NCBI GenBank assembly: GCA_015066465.1
Contig: SVOI01000002.1
Coordinates: 44,154 to 108,153 of the forward strand
Origin: Oscillospiraceae bacterium
Lineage (GTDB): Bacteria; Bacillota; Clostridia; Oscillospirales; Acutalibacteraceae
DNA length: 64,000 nt
Direction: 5' to 3'
In this document: positions 17,682 to 25,519 of the stretch, one piece after another
Layout: each line of letters begins with the position of its first letter
Position numbering within the stretch: position 1 is the first letter of the stretch
Notes under the pieces: model-generated
Databases searched by the model: none
Told to the model about the DNA's origin: nothing
What the model saw: the letters and a program-made list of their open reading frames with translations, nothing else
Program-made: the position numbers and the translations under genes

Positions 17682-17918
17682 TTATTTTTCAGTTTTCAAA
17701 ATACGCCATATACTCCGTTCGGAGTAATTGTATTTTTGAGCTAACTGTGGTACGTTGTCGCCATCATATTCACTGATAATAGCCTTGTGGGTGTAATCCT
17801 TTGAGAAAAGTCTATTAGGAAATGACACTTGTGTTCCGTGAAACATTTTGTAAATTGCCAAGGCATTTTCAATACCAATTTCATCAGCAATATCACGATA
17901 CACATCATAAGACCACAA
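17682..17918 (-). CDS. Mor/CD3324-like small HTH transcription regulator
   Basis: 78 aa. IADEIGIENALAIYKMFHGTQVSFP and C-terminal HTH LAQKYNYSERSIWRIL. It starts at TTG. An SD-preceded ATG (MSINEISFECQGV...) lies upstream in another frame, so the 5' end is uncertain. Confidence 0.6.
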   Translation of the reverse strand: MWSYDVYRDIADEIGIENALAIYKMFHGTQVSFPNRLFSKDYTHKAIISEYDGDNVPQLAQKYNYSERSIWRILKTEK

Positions 17919-18071
17919 AGCTCATTCTTCAAATTCTGCACCCCCTGACACTCAAATGAAATCTCATTTATCGACATAATACCACCCCACTTTCGACATA
18001 ACAAATGACATTATCATTATGTTTGACACTTGTTTTCTGATAAACTGATACTCGTTTAACAACATTTTGCA

Positions 18072-18114
18072 TAAAAAAGAACTCCTTTCTGAACATATAG
18101 TTCAGAAAAGAGTT
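18072..18114 (-). terminator. Orphan terminator-like hairpin (minus strand)
   Basis: 15-bp stem AACTCCTTTCTGAAC / GTTCAGAAAAGAGTT (one mismatch), 5-nt loop, CTTTTTT after it on the minus strand. No annotated minus-strand gene lies upstream. Confidence 0.45.
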
Positions 18115-18282
18115 TGTAAATTTCGCGAATGCAAAATTTATTAAATCTATTTGATGTTATAACAAAACACGTTTGTTATATAGTTAATAACAGTAATCCT
18201 AAACCAAGGAATCAAAAACTTATTGCTTTTTCAAATTAAAAATAATATAATGAAATTGCTATAAAAATTAGGAGGAATAATA

Positions 18283-19059
18283 ATGGATTTACTCAATAGC
18301 ACAAGTCAATCATTTGACTTCGCAGAAATATTTACAACTGCTATAAAAATTCCCGGTGTAAAAGTCAATCGAGATAAGTTTTTAGCAGAAAGATTTCCAA
18401 ATAAAAAATATGCCCTTCAAGATATTATTAATTTCGGACCAGTTTCCGCTGATATTAGTAAAGAGGAACTTTCAAAAATAGCAAATGGTTTAATAATAGA
18501 ACGCACAACAGAATCCTCAATAGTTTCTTTTTTAGCTGGATTACCTGGTGGCTGGGCAATGGCTGGAACAATACCTGCTGATATAGCACAATTCTTTGCT
18601 GTAACGTTAAGACTGGCACAGGAGTTAGGTTATCTTTATGGTGCAGAGGATTTTTGGAACAATGGAGAATTAGATAGTGAAAAAGCAAAAAACAAGTTAT
18701 TGGTTTACTGCGGTGTTATGTTTGGTGTTGCTGGAGCAGAAGCCGGTTTACATATTCTTTCAAGTCAACTCGCAAAAACAACTCTAGAAAAACTTCCGCA
18801 AAAAGCTCTTACCAAAACTTGGTGGTATCCTATTTTGAAAAAAATAGGAAAAGCCATAGGAATTAAAATTACTAAAGAGAAAGTAGCAAATGCACTTGCT
18901 AAATTAATACCTGTTTTCGGTGGTGTATTATCTGGAATACTAAATTTTACATCCCTAAAACCAATGGCAAATAAATTAAAAACAGAATTAGAAAAAACTG
19001 CTTACAACTACTCCGAAACCGATTTAGAAAGAGATATAAAAATACTGGAAAATATATAG
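18283..19059 (+). CDS. EcsC-family protein (putative)
   Basis: 258 aa. GGAGGA RBS. Central LAGLPGGWAMAGTIPADIAQFF...LRLAQELGYLYG and Gly-rich amphipathic segments resemble EcsC-like proteins. Confidence 0.5.
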   Translation: MDLLNSTSQSFDFAEIFTTAIKIPGVKVNRDKFLAERFPNKKYALQDIINFGPVSADISKEELSKIANGLIIERTTESSIVSFLAGLPGGWAMAGTIPADIAQFFAVTLRLAQELGYLYGAEDFWNNGELDSEKAKNKLLVYCGVMFGVAGAEAGLHILSSQLAKTTLEKLPQKALTKTWWYPILKKIGKAIGIKITKEKVANALAKLIPVFGGVLSGILNFTSLKPMANKLKTELEKTAYNYSETDLERDIKILENI

Positions 19060-19134
19060 TAAATCTATTAAATTCAAGTCACACAAAATAAATATCAGCT
19101 AAAAAATTAGGAAACACACAATTCGCTAAGTTTG

Positions 19135-19246
19135 GATGCAGAAGTTAATTTCTTTACCACGTAGGCGTACACAGGTACGTCAAGCGGGTAAAAAATTAAC
19201 TAAAAAAGCCTGTAACTCAAAAGTTACAGGCTTTTTGTTCTGCGCC
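19135..19246. repeat. 112-nt structured repeat, copy 1 (long bulged hairpin plus terminator hairpin, closed by GCAGAA/TTCTGC)
   Basis: GATGCAGAAGTTAATTTCTTTACCACGTAGGCGTACACAGGTACGTCAAGCGGGTAAAAAATTAAC...GCCTGTAAC-tcaaaa-GTTACAGGC-TTTTTGTTCTGCGCC. About 75% identical to 21158-21269, with compensatory stem changes. Confidence 0.85.
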
Positions 19247-19267
19247 AAAATCGGCGAACTTTTAAAA

Positions 19268-19531
19268 TTATTCTTGGAAACCGCTGTCAACCAATGCAGC
19301 AAGTGCTGTAACAGCTTGTTCTTCATCTACACCACCAGCGATGATGCGGATATCTGTACCACCCATAATGCCGAGAGAGAGAACACCAAGAAGACTTTTT
19401 GCATTTACTCTTCTTTCTTCTTTCTCAAGCCAGATTGATGATTTGAATTCATTAGCTTTCTGAATGAAAAATGTAGCTGGACGAGCGTGAAGACCTACTT
19501 GATTTTGAACTGTAACATCTTTTACGAACAT
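19268..19531 (-). CDS. ptsH: Phosphocarrier protein HPr
   Basis: 87 aa. His15 site VGLHARPA and Ser46 site NAKSLLGVLSLG. Confidence 0.95.
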   Translation of the reverse strand: MFVKDVTVQNQVGLHARPATFFIQKANEFKSSIWLEKEERRVNAKSLLGVLSLGIMGGTDIRIIAGGVDEEQAVTALAALVDSGFQE

Positions 19532-19669
19532 ATCAATTTACTCCTAAATTCTAATATTTTGTCAAAATTACTATTCGAATATTTGGTTGTACGCTCGAAC
19601 TCGTCACACAACATTTTGTGGAAAAATTCAGGTACAGAGAATTTTTGCTAAGTTTCCTTAACTGTGATT

Positions 19670-19697
19670 ATTATAACACTAAATTGCCTAAAGTCAA
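19670..19697 (-). promoter_or_regulatory. SigA-type promoter of ptsH
   Basis: Minus strand reads TTGACT (19692-19697), a 16-nt spacer, then TGTTATAAT (TATAAT at 19670-19675). This implies a ~130-nt 5' UTR. Confidence 0.6.
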
Positions 19698-19868
19698 CGA
19701 ATTTTTAAAAGTTCATAGGTAATGCTAAACTGTGCCATTTTTAAAGTTTTCGATTTGTGCAAGTTTACTACAATTTTCGAGTACTTCTATCAAACTTCAC
19801 CAAGTTATTGAACGAGCGTTCACCTTACTGTTACTTGATTTTACACTATATATTATGCAGTAAAATGC

Positions 19869-20612
19869 CTACTTCATACTATGGTTTTCACGAATTTTTG
19901 ATAATATTTTTTTGTCATTTTCACTAAGTTCAGCTTTTTCTAAAAGTTCAGGTCTTCTCAAAAAAGTTCTCTCGAGTGATTGTTCACGCTTCCATTCTTC
20001 AATTTTAGCGTGATGGCCAGAGCTCAAAACCTCTGGCACTTCTATTTCGTGCCATACTGCTGGCTTTGTGTATTGTGGATGCTCTAAGAGTGAAGAATAG
20101 TGACTTTCGCCAATAAAACCCTGTTCATCAGCAAGTACACCAGGTAACATACGTGAAACAGCATCCGCTAAAATCATAGCGGGTAATTCGCCACCTGTTA
20201 CAACGTAATCACCAATAGAAATTTCTTCATCAACAATTTCGTCAATCACCCTCTGGTCAACGCCCTCATATCTGCCACAAAGAATTGCGATATTGTCTAA
20301 TTTTGACAGTTCCTTAACTCTCTCCTGTGTAAGAGTCTTACCAACTGGTGACATATAAATAAAGTGTGGTCTTTCTTTTGTTTCGTTACACACCTTTTGA
20401 AAGCAATCATATATAGGCTGAGCCATCATAAGCATACCCTCGCCACCACCATAAGGCGTGTCGTCAACCTGATTATGCTTGTTTACTGCAAAATCACGAA
20501 TCTGGTGAAAGTTCATTTCAACCGCACCTTTTTTTCTGGCTCTACCTATAATGCTTTCACTCATAACGGCTTCACACATTTCGGGGAAAAGAGTTAAAAT
20601 ATCAATCCTCAC
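19869..20612 (-). CDS. trmD: tRNA (guanine37-N1)-methyltransferase
   Basis: 247 aa, [12 protein letters not shown]..., [32 protein letters not shown]. Confidence 0.96.
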   Translation of the reverse strand: MRIDILTLFPEMCEAVMSESIIGRARKKGAVEMNFHQIRDFAVNKHNQVDDTPYGGGEGMLMMAQPIYDCFQKVCNETKERPHFIYMSPVGKTLTQERVKELSKLDNIAILCGRYEGVDQRVIDEIVDEEISIGDYVVTGGELPAMILADAVSRMLPGVLADEQGFIGESHYSSLLEHPQYTKPAVWHEIEVPEVLSSGHHAKIEEWKREQSLERTFLRRPELLEKAELSENDKKILSKIRENHSMK

Positions 20613-21120
20613 TGAAAAGCCCCCTTAAAGCGTTAATATATATTTTCTCATTTGCTACGTCACATTTAACAATAACGTCTGGTATAGCGGGGATAAGCAC
20701 CTCTTCACCAGACGGTGTTTTAACGTACCACACGTCATTTGCACCAGTTTCTGCAACATCTGTGATTTCACCATAGCAAATTTCATTATTTTCGTTATCA
20801 ATTACCTTACAGCCCAAAAGTTCACTTATGAACCACTCGCCATCTGGAAGATGTGCATCTTCTCTTTTTATAAAGAGCACTGTATTTTTGAGACTTTGTG
20901 CCATTTCTACAGTATCAACACCCTCTAATTTAGCAATAGCAACGTTTTTATGCGGACGGCAAGAAATAACCTTAAAAAAATCTTTTCCGTTCGCATCTTT
21001 ATATAAAGTCTTAAATTTTTTTACAAATTCAGGTCCGTTACACCACGGGTTAATTCGTACTTCACCACGAATTCCGTGAGTAGAAACAATCTGACCTATT
21101 TCAAGATAATTTTTTATCAT
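20602..21120 (-). CDS. rimM: 16S rRNA processing protein RimM
   Basis: 172 aa. [17 protein letters not shown]-terminus and a PRC-barrel C-terminus. Overlaps trmD by 11 nt. Confidence 0.93.
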   Translation of the reverse strand: MIKNYLEIGQIVSTHGIRGEVRINPWCNGPEFVKKFKTLYKDANGKDFFKVISCRPHKNVAIAKLEGVDTVEMAQSLKNTVLFIKREDAHLPDGEWFISELLGCKVIDNENNEICYGEITDVAETGANDVWYVKTPSGEEVLIPAIPDVIVKCDVANEKIYINALRGLFSED

Positions 21121-21157
21121 AATAAAAACCTTTAAAGCAAATTTGAATTATGTTTTA

Positions 21158-21269
21158 GATGCAGAAGTCATTTTCTTCACTCCGACAGCGTATACAGATA
21201 CGCCGAGCGGGTGAAAAAATGATTAAAAAAGCCCAGAATCTCATAAGTTCTGGGCTTTTTGGTCTGCGC
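21158..21269. repeat. 112-nt structured repeat, copy 2 (inside the rpsP-KH-rimM-trmD cluster)
   Basis: Same architecture as 19135-19246. The long hairpin is AGTCATTTTCTTCACTCCGACAGCGTAT-acag-ATACGCCGAGCGGGTGAAAAAATGATT. The terminator hairpin is GCCCAGAA...TTCTGGGC with T-runs on both strands. Confidence 0.85.
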
Positions 21270-21286
21270 TAAAACAGAGTTCAAGT

Positions 21287-21520
21287 TTAGTCGATGTCAA
21301 CTTGTATTTTTTCATCCTTGCGAACAGCAGCAGCGCGCATAACTGTACGAATAGCTTTTGCAATTCTGCCCTGTTTGCCTATAACACGGCCCATATCTTC
21401 AGCCGCTACATGAAGATGATAAACAACGATGCCCTCTTCGTTGGGTTCGTCAACTGTGACCTCGACTGCGTCGGGAGTCTCTACAAGACCCTGTACGACT
21501 GTTACGAGCAAGTCTTTCAT
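21287..21520 (-). CDS. KH-domain RNA-binding protein (YlqC family)
   Basis: 77 aa. GxxG motif VIGKQGRIAKAIRTV. Start set at the ATG 4 nt after AAGGTGAT; the ORF track starts at a GTG inside the RBS. Confidence 0.9.
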   Translation of the reverse strand: MKDLLVTVVQGLVETPDAVEVTVDEPNEEGIVVYHLHVAAEDMGRVIGKQGRIAKAIRTVMRAAAVRKDEKIQVDID

Positions 21521-21536
21521 TGATATCACCTTTTAA

Positions 21537-21782
21537 TTATTTAATGATGTCTTGTTTTTTGAGAAGTGCACGAACTGTATCAGTTGGCTGAGCACCGTTA
21601 GCAATCCATTTTTCAATTTTTTCAGCATCAAGTTTGATTTCTGCTGGCTCTGTAAGTGGGTTATAGTAACCAACTTCTTCAATGAATCTACCGTCACGTG
21701 GGTAACGTGAATCTGCAACTACTACACGATAGAAAGGTGCTTTTTTTGCGCCCATACGGCGAAGACGAATTTTTACTGACAT
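21537..21782 (-). CDS. rpsP: 30S ribosomal protein S16
   Basis: 81 aa, [26 protein letters not shown]. Confidence 0.97.
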   Translation of the reverse strand: MSVKIRLRRMGAKKAPFYRVVVADSRYPRDGRFIEEVGYYNPLTEPAEIKLDAEKIEKWIANGAQPTDTVRALLKKQDIIK

Positions 21783-21850
21783 TTTAATTACCTCCGAATT
21801 AAAAATTATTAATTAATTATATAAATAGCTCTCGCTTATTTACAACGAAT

Positions 21851-23227
21851 TTACATTGGGAAATTAGGCATTCCTGGCATACCGCCCATACCTTGCATTC
21901 CGCCCATTCTTTGCATACGCTTCATCATTTTCTTTGACCCAGCGCCATTGAGTTGTTTGTAAACCTTCTGAATCTGACGATATTGATTAAGAAGACGATT
22001 GACATCTTCAACCTTTAAGCCACAACCAGCGGCAATTCTTCTTTTTCTTGATGGATTGATTATATCTGGATTTTCACGTTCTTTCATTGTCATTGAACGT
22101 ATAATTGCCATTGTGTAATCAACCTGTTTATCATCAACGTCGGTATCCTTAAGTTTTTTACCAACACCTGGAATCATTGAAAGAATTTCTTTCATTGGTC
22201 CCATTTTTTTCATTTCTTCAAATTGCATAAGCATATCGTTTAAATCGAGCTTATTCTCACGCAATTTCTTTTCAAGCTGTTCTGCTTTTTTATCGTTTAA
22301 GGTTTGCTCAGCTTTTTCAATAAGAGAAAGCATATCGCCCATACCTAAAATACGGCTTGCCATTCTTTCAGGGTGGAAAACGTCAAGATCCTGAAGCTTT
22401 TCACCAACACCAACAAATTTAATTGGTTTACCAGTAACGGCTCTTGCTGAAAGAGCAGCACCACCTCTTGTATCACCATCAAGCTTTGTTAAAACAAGAC
22501 CATCAATACCGAGTGCTTCATTAAATGAAGAAGCAACTGTAACAGCATCCTGACCAAGCATTGAGTCGATAACAAGTAATATTTCGTGTGGCTTAACCGC
22601 CGATTTAACGTTTTTAAGCTCTTGCATAAGCTCTTCATCAATATGAAGGCGACCAGCAGTATCAAGGAACACGTAATCGTAACCCTGGTCTTTTGCAAGT
22701 TTAATTGCTTCAGTTGCAATAGTAACAGGATTTTCTGTGCCCATTTCAAAAACGGGAACACCAATCTGCTCACCAACAACCTGTAACTGCTTAATAGCAG
22801 CAGGACGATAAATATCACAAGCAACAAGTAATGGTCTGTGACCTTGTTCTTTAAGCTTTAAAGCGATTTTTGCACTGTGAGTTGTTTTACCAGAACCCTG
22901 TAAACCACACATCATAACAACTGTTGGTGGGTGTGGTGCAGAAGCAATTCTTGACTGAGTACCACCCATAAGAGCGGTTAACTCTTCATTTACTATTTTA
23001 ATAACCATCTGTGCTGGAGTAAGGCTTTCCATAACCTTTGCACCAATTGCACGTTCGGTAACAGTATTTGTAAAATCTTTTGCAACCTTGTAGTTTACGT
23101 CTGCTTCTAAAAGAGCAAGTCGAACTTCTCGCATCGCTTCACGAACGTCGCTTTCGGTAAGGCTACCCTTACTTTTCAACTTTTTAAACGCAGATTCTAA
23201 TTTATCTGAAAGACCTTCAAAAGCCAT
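21851..23227 (-). CDS. ffh: Signal recognition particle protein Ffh
   Basis: 458 aa. GLQGSGKTT P-loop, DTAGR, TKLDGD, Met-rich M domain. Confidence 0.97.
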   Translation of the reverse strand: MAFEGLSDKLESAFKKLKSKGSLTESDVREAMREVRLALLEADVNYKVAKDFTNTVTERAIGAKVMESLTPAQMVIKIVNEELTALMGGTQSRIASAPHPPTVVMMCGLQGSGKTTHSAKIALKLKEQGHRPLLVACDIYRPAAIKQLQVVGEQIGVPVFEMGTENPVTIATEAIKLAKDQGYDYVFLDTAGRLHIDEELMQELKNVKSAVKPHEILLVIDSMLGQDAVTVASSFNEALGIDGLVLTKLDGDTRGGAALSARAVTGKPIKFVGVGEKLQDLDVFHPERMASRILGMGDMLSLIEKAEQTLNDKKAEQLEKKLRENKLDLNDMLMQFEEMKKMGPMKEILSMIPGVGKKLKDTDVDDKQVDYTMAIIRSMTMKERENPDIINPSRKRRIAAGCGLKVEDVNRLLNQYRQIQKVYKQLNGAGSKKMMKRMQRMGGMQGMGGMPGMPNFPM

Positions 23228-23265
23228 CGAGTGTTCACTCCCTTTACGTAATATTTAAGTATATT

Positions 23266-23625
23266 TTATTCAAAAGAAGATATAACAGATTTGATTCTTA
23301 TAATCGCATCGTTAATTTCTTTTGATAAAGAAGAATTCATATTGTATTCATTAATAAGGTCTGCACATTGTTCAATAGCAATTAAACTATCTTTAGTGCG
23401 CTTTGCTCTTTCTGCTATACCTAACTTCTTTTCCATATCGAAAAGCTGAGTCTCGGCTCTTTTAATAGCATCACGAACACCTTGGCGGGTAATACCTTCA
23501 TTTTCAGCAATTTCTGAAAGTGAAAGGTCATCGTTATAGTAATAATCGATGAATTTTCTTTGATTTTCAGTTAACATTTCGCCGTAGTAGTCGGTAAGTA
23601 AAACTACATCAAGGTTTTTTGCCAT
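23266..23625 (-). CDS. ylxM: YlxM/p13-like putative DNA-binding protein (UPF0122)
   Basis: About 119 aa with a sigma-70 region-4-like HTH (LSLSEIAENEGITRQGVRDAIKRA). Has the conserved position upstream of ffh. Confidence 0.88.
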   Translation of the reverse strand: MAKNLDVVLLTDYYGEMLTENQRKFIDYYYNDDLSLSEIAENEGITRQGVRDAIKRAETQLFDMEKKLGIAERAKRTKDSLIAIEQCADLINEYNMNSSLSKEINDAIIRIKSVISSFE

Positions 23626-23679
23626 CAATTATCACACCCTTCAAGTAATTTGTAAAGATATATAACTTTACAGACACGC

Positions 23680-23708
23680 ATTATAACAGAGTAAGCACCT
23701 ATTGTCAA
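23680..23708 (-). promoter_or_regulatory. Consensus SigA promoter of ylxM-ffh
   Basis: Minus strand reads TTGACA (23703-23708), a 17-nt spacer, then TGTTATAAT (TATAAT at 23680-23685). Confidence 0.75.
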
Positions 23709-23758
23709 TAGGTTTTTATGAAAATGTAAAAGTTTTTTACTTTACACTTAAATTTATA

Positions 23759-25516
23759 TTATTTAAGCTCTTTAAAAGCTTTAACTATTGTAGATGCAGT
23801 CTCTTTACCAAATGAGAAAATTTCAAGATAATGGTTACCAAATATCTTCTGCATAAACTTGTTTGAGCCTAAGAACATCATTGAGAAATCGTTATCTGGA
23901 ATTATGTAGCCACAAGCATCGTTAGTAAGACCAAAAACAGTTAAATCTTCATATTCCAAAGCATCTTTTAATGTACCTTCACTGAAATCCTCATTAGCGA
24001 ATGCAAATTCTTTTTTAAGAGTATCGCCACCGCCGACAATAGTTGGTTCAATCTCACCAGGGATAAATGCAATTTTAAGAACGTTACCTAATTCCAAAAC
24101 GCCAATTTCGGTAACTGATTCATATTGCTTGTTATCACTTTTAGCAACTGTATAATTACCAACCCTTGTCTTTGAAATAAGTTCAAATATAGGGTTACCA
24201 ACCTTTAAAGCAACCTCTTTTGTTTTAAGGCTTATAGCAGGTGTTAATTCAACCTCTTCGATTATTTCGTCACCCTTTGCTTCAACCCACTTTTTGTAGT
24301 AACTTTCTTTGTCTTTGAATATTATAGATTTTGCTTCATAGCATTCTGGACTTAAAAGCTCATCGTTATAAATTTCGTCGTTAGACTTTGTCATAGCAAG
24401 AGTAATTCTGCCTAATTCATTACCAACCGCTTTTGCCTGATTCTCGAATGTATAAACGTCTGCATAAAGTCTTGTTGGGTAAACTGCGGCAATAGCACCA
24501 TTAAAGAAGATAGCATTTTTACCAGCACTTTCTAAGTATTCACAAAGAGAATAAACAAAGTCACCCGAGATATTTTCACCAGTACCCTTTCCCTTTTCGC
24601 TCATTGAGTTAATATATGGATGAGCACCGAAGTTAACAAGTACAGTTTCTTTTATAGATTTATCATCTGGCACAAAGCGTAATCTTAAAAGCTGACAAGA
24701 ACAGTCATCTGGCTCACGTCTATCCCATACGTAGCCTTTGATTCCACGCTCTTTTAAAGGTGCATCTTCACTTACTGATTTTTCTGAAGCTTTACCCATA
24801 TAAGCCTTATAAAGCTTACCAGTAGTTTTATTCTGAACTGCTTCTTTTATAGCTTCAATAACCTTGCCATAAAGAAACTCAAGATATTCTTCATCGCAAG
24901 AATTCATAATATCGCCTTCACCTTTTATAAGCGCTTTACGGTTGTTAATGAAAACTTCTATAATTCTTCCCCAGATACCCATTGTATCTATTGAACTGTG
25001 TGTATGAGTAGAAGAAATATTAATTGAAGCAATATTGTTTTCATCACAGAAGCTACTAAGCCTCTGGCGGATTGTTCTTATACATCTGTTAGAAAGACCA
25101 ATACAGTCAACTGCAGCAAAAACTGAAAGCTCACCTTCTGTTGTGCCAAGGCATATTACACGAACTCTTATATCGTCAAGAACACCACTTGGAAATCTTG
25201 CAGGAAGACGTGTAACACCGCCGATACAATATTCTCTTGTTAAAATATCATCTGGAAGAATACTTTTCTGACTATAACCTAAAACCCATTTTGAATTTTC
25301 AGTTGCTTCAGTTACTAAATCTTTCTGAGCACCCGAAGAAACGTCATCACAAGAACTATTCACCTCAGGCTCAGGAAGTCCGTTTGAGAATTTACTAATA
25401 GCCTTAACAAAATTTCTTGAGAACATATCTGCACGTTCTTTGTTTGGCATTTTATAAAGCTTCACACCTGCACCAACTGCTGCAGCCCCTAATGCTAATT
25501 TTATAAATTTACCCAT
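23759..25516 (-). CDS. Neutral/alkaline-ceramidase-like hydrolase (putative)
   Basis: 585 aa with an N-terminal hydrophobic anchor. The block VDCIGLSNRCIRTIRQRL...INISSTHTHSSIDTMG resembles the ceramidase N-domain signature (SATHTHSGPGG). Confidence 0.45.
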   Translation of the reverse strand: MGKFIKLALGAAAVGAGVKLYKMPNKERADMFSRNFVKAISKFSNGLPEPEVNSSCDDVSSGAQKDLVTEATENSKWVLGYSQKSILPDDILTREYCIGGVTRLPARFPSGVLDDIRVRVICLGTTEGELSVFAAVDCIGLSNRCIRTIRQRLSSFCDENNIASINISSTHTHSSIDTMGIWGRIIEVFINNRKALIKGEGDIMNSCDEEYLEFLYGKVIEAIKEAVQNKTTGKLYKAYMGKASEKSVSEDAPLKERGIKGYVWDRREPDDCSCQLLRLRFVPDDKSIKETVLVNFGAHPYINSMSEKGKGTGENISGDFVYSLCEYLESAGKNAIFFNGAIAAVYPTRLYADVYTFENQAKAVGNELGRITLAMTKSNDEIYNDELLSPECYEAKSIIFKDKESYYKKWVEAKGDEIIEEVELTPAISLKTKEVALKVGNPIFELISKTRVGNYTVAKSDNKQYESVTEIGVLELGNVLKIAFIPGEIEPTIVGGGDTLKKEFAFANEDFSEGTLKDALEYEDLTVFGLTNDACGYIIPDNDFSMMFLGSNKFMQKIFGNHYLEIFSFGKETASTIVKAFKELK

Positions 25517-25519
25517 AAA

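Noticed and set aside
17897-18004. Possible frameshifted (pseudogenised) Mor-like gene: an SD-preceded ATG (MSINEISFECQGVQNLKNEL) lies one frame off from the Mor-like ORF
   Set aside because: The Mor-like frame has its own TTG start, and 78 aa is within the size range I recall for this family. Without homologue alignment, a 1-nt deletion cannot be told apart from a short unrelated upstream ORF.
19136-19438. 100-aa plus-strand ORF starting in repeat copy 1; both copies begin with ATG and give similar basic peptides (MQKLISLPRRRTQVRQAGKK / MQKSFSSLRQRIQIRRAGEK)
   Set aside because: No Shine-Dalgarno precedes either ATG. The similarity follows from nucleotide identity, and the substitutions are paired across stems (structure-preserving) rather than synonymous. 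The long version is antisense to ptsH.
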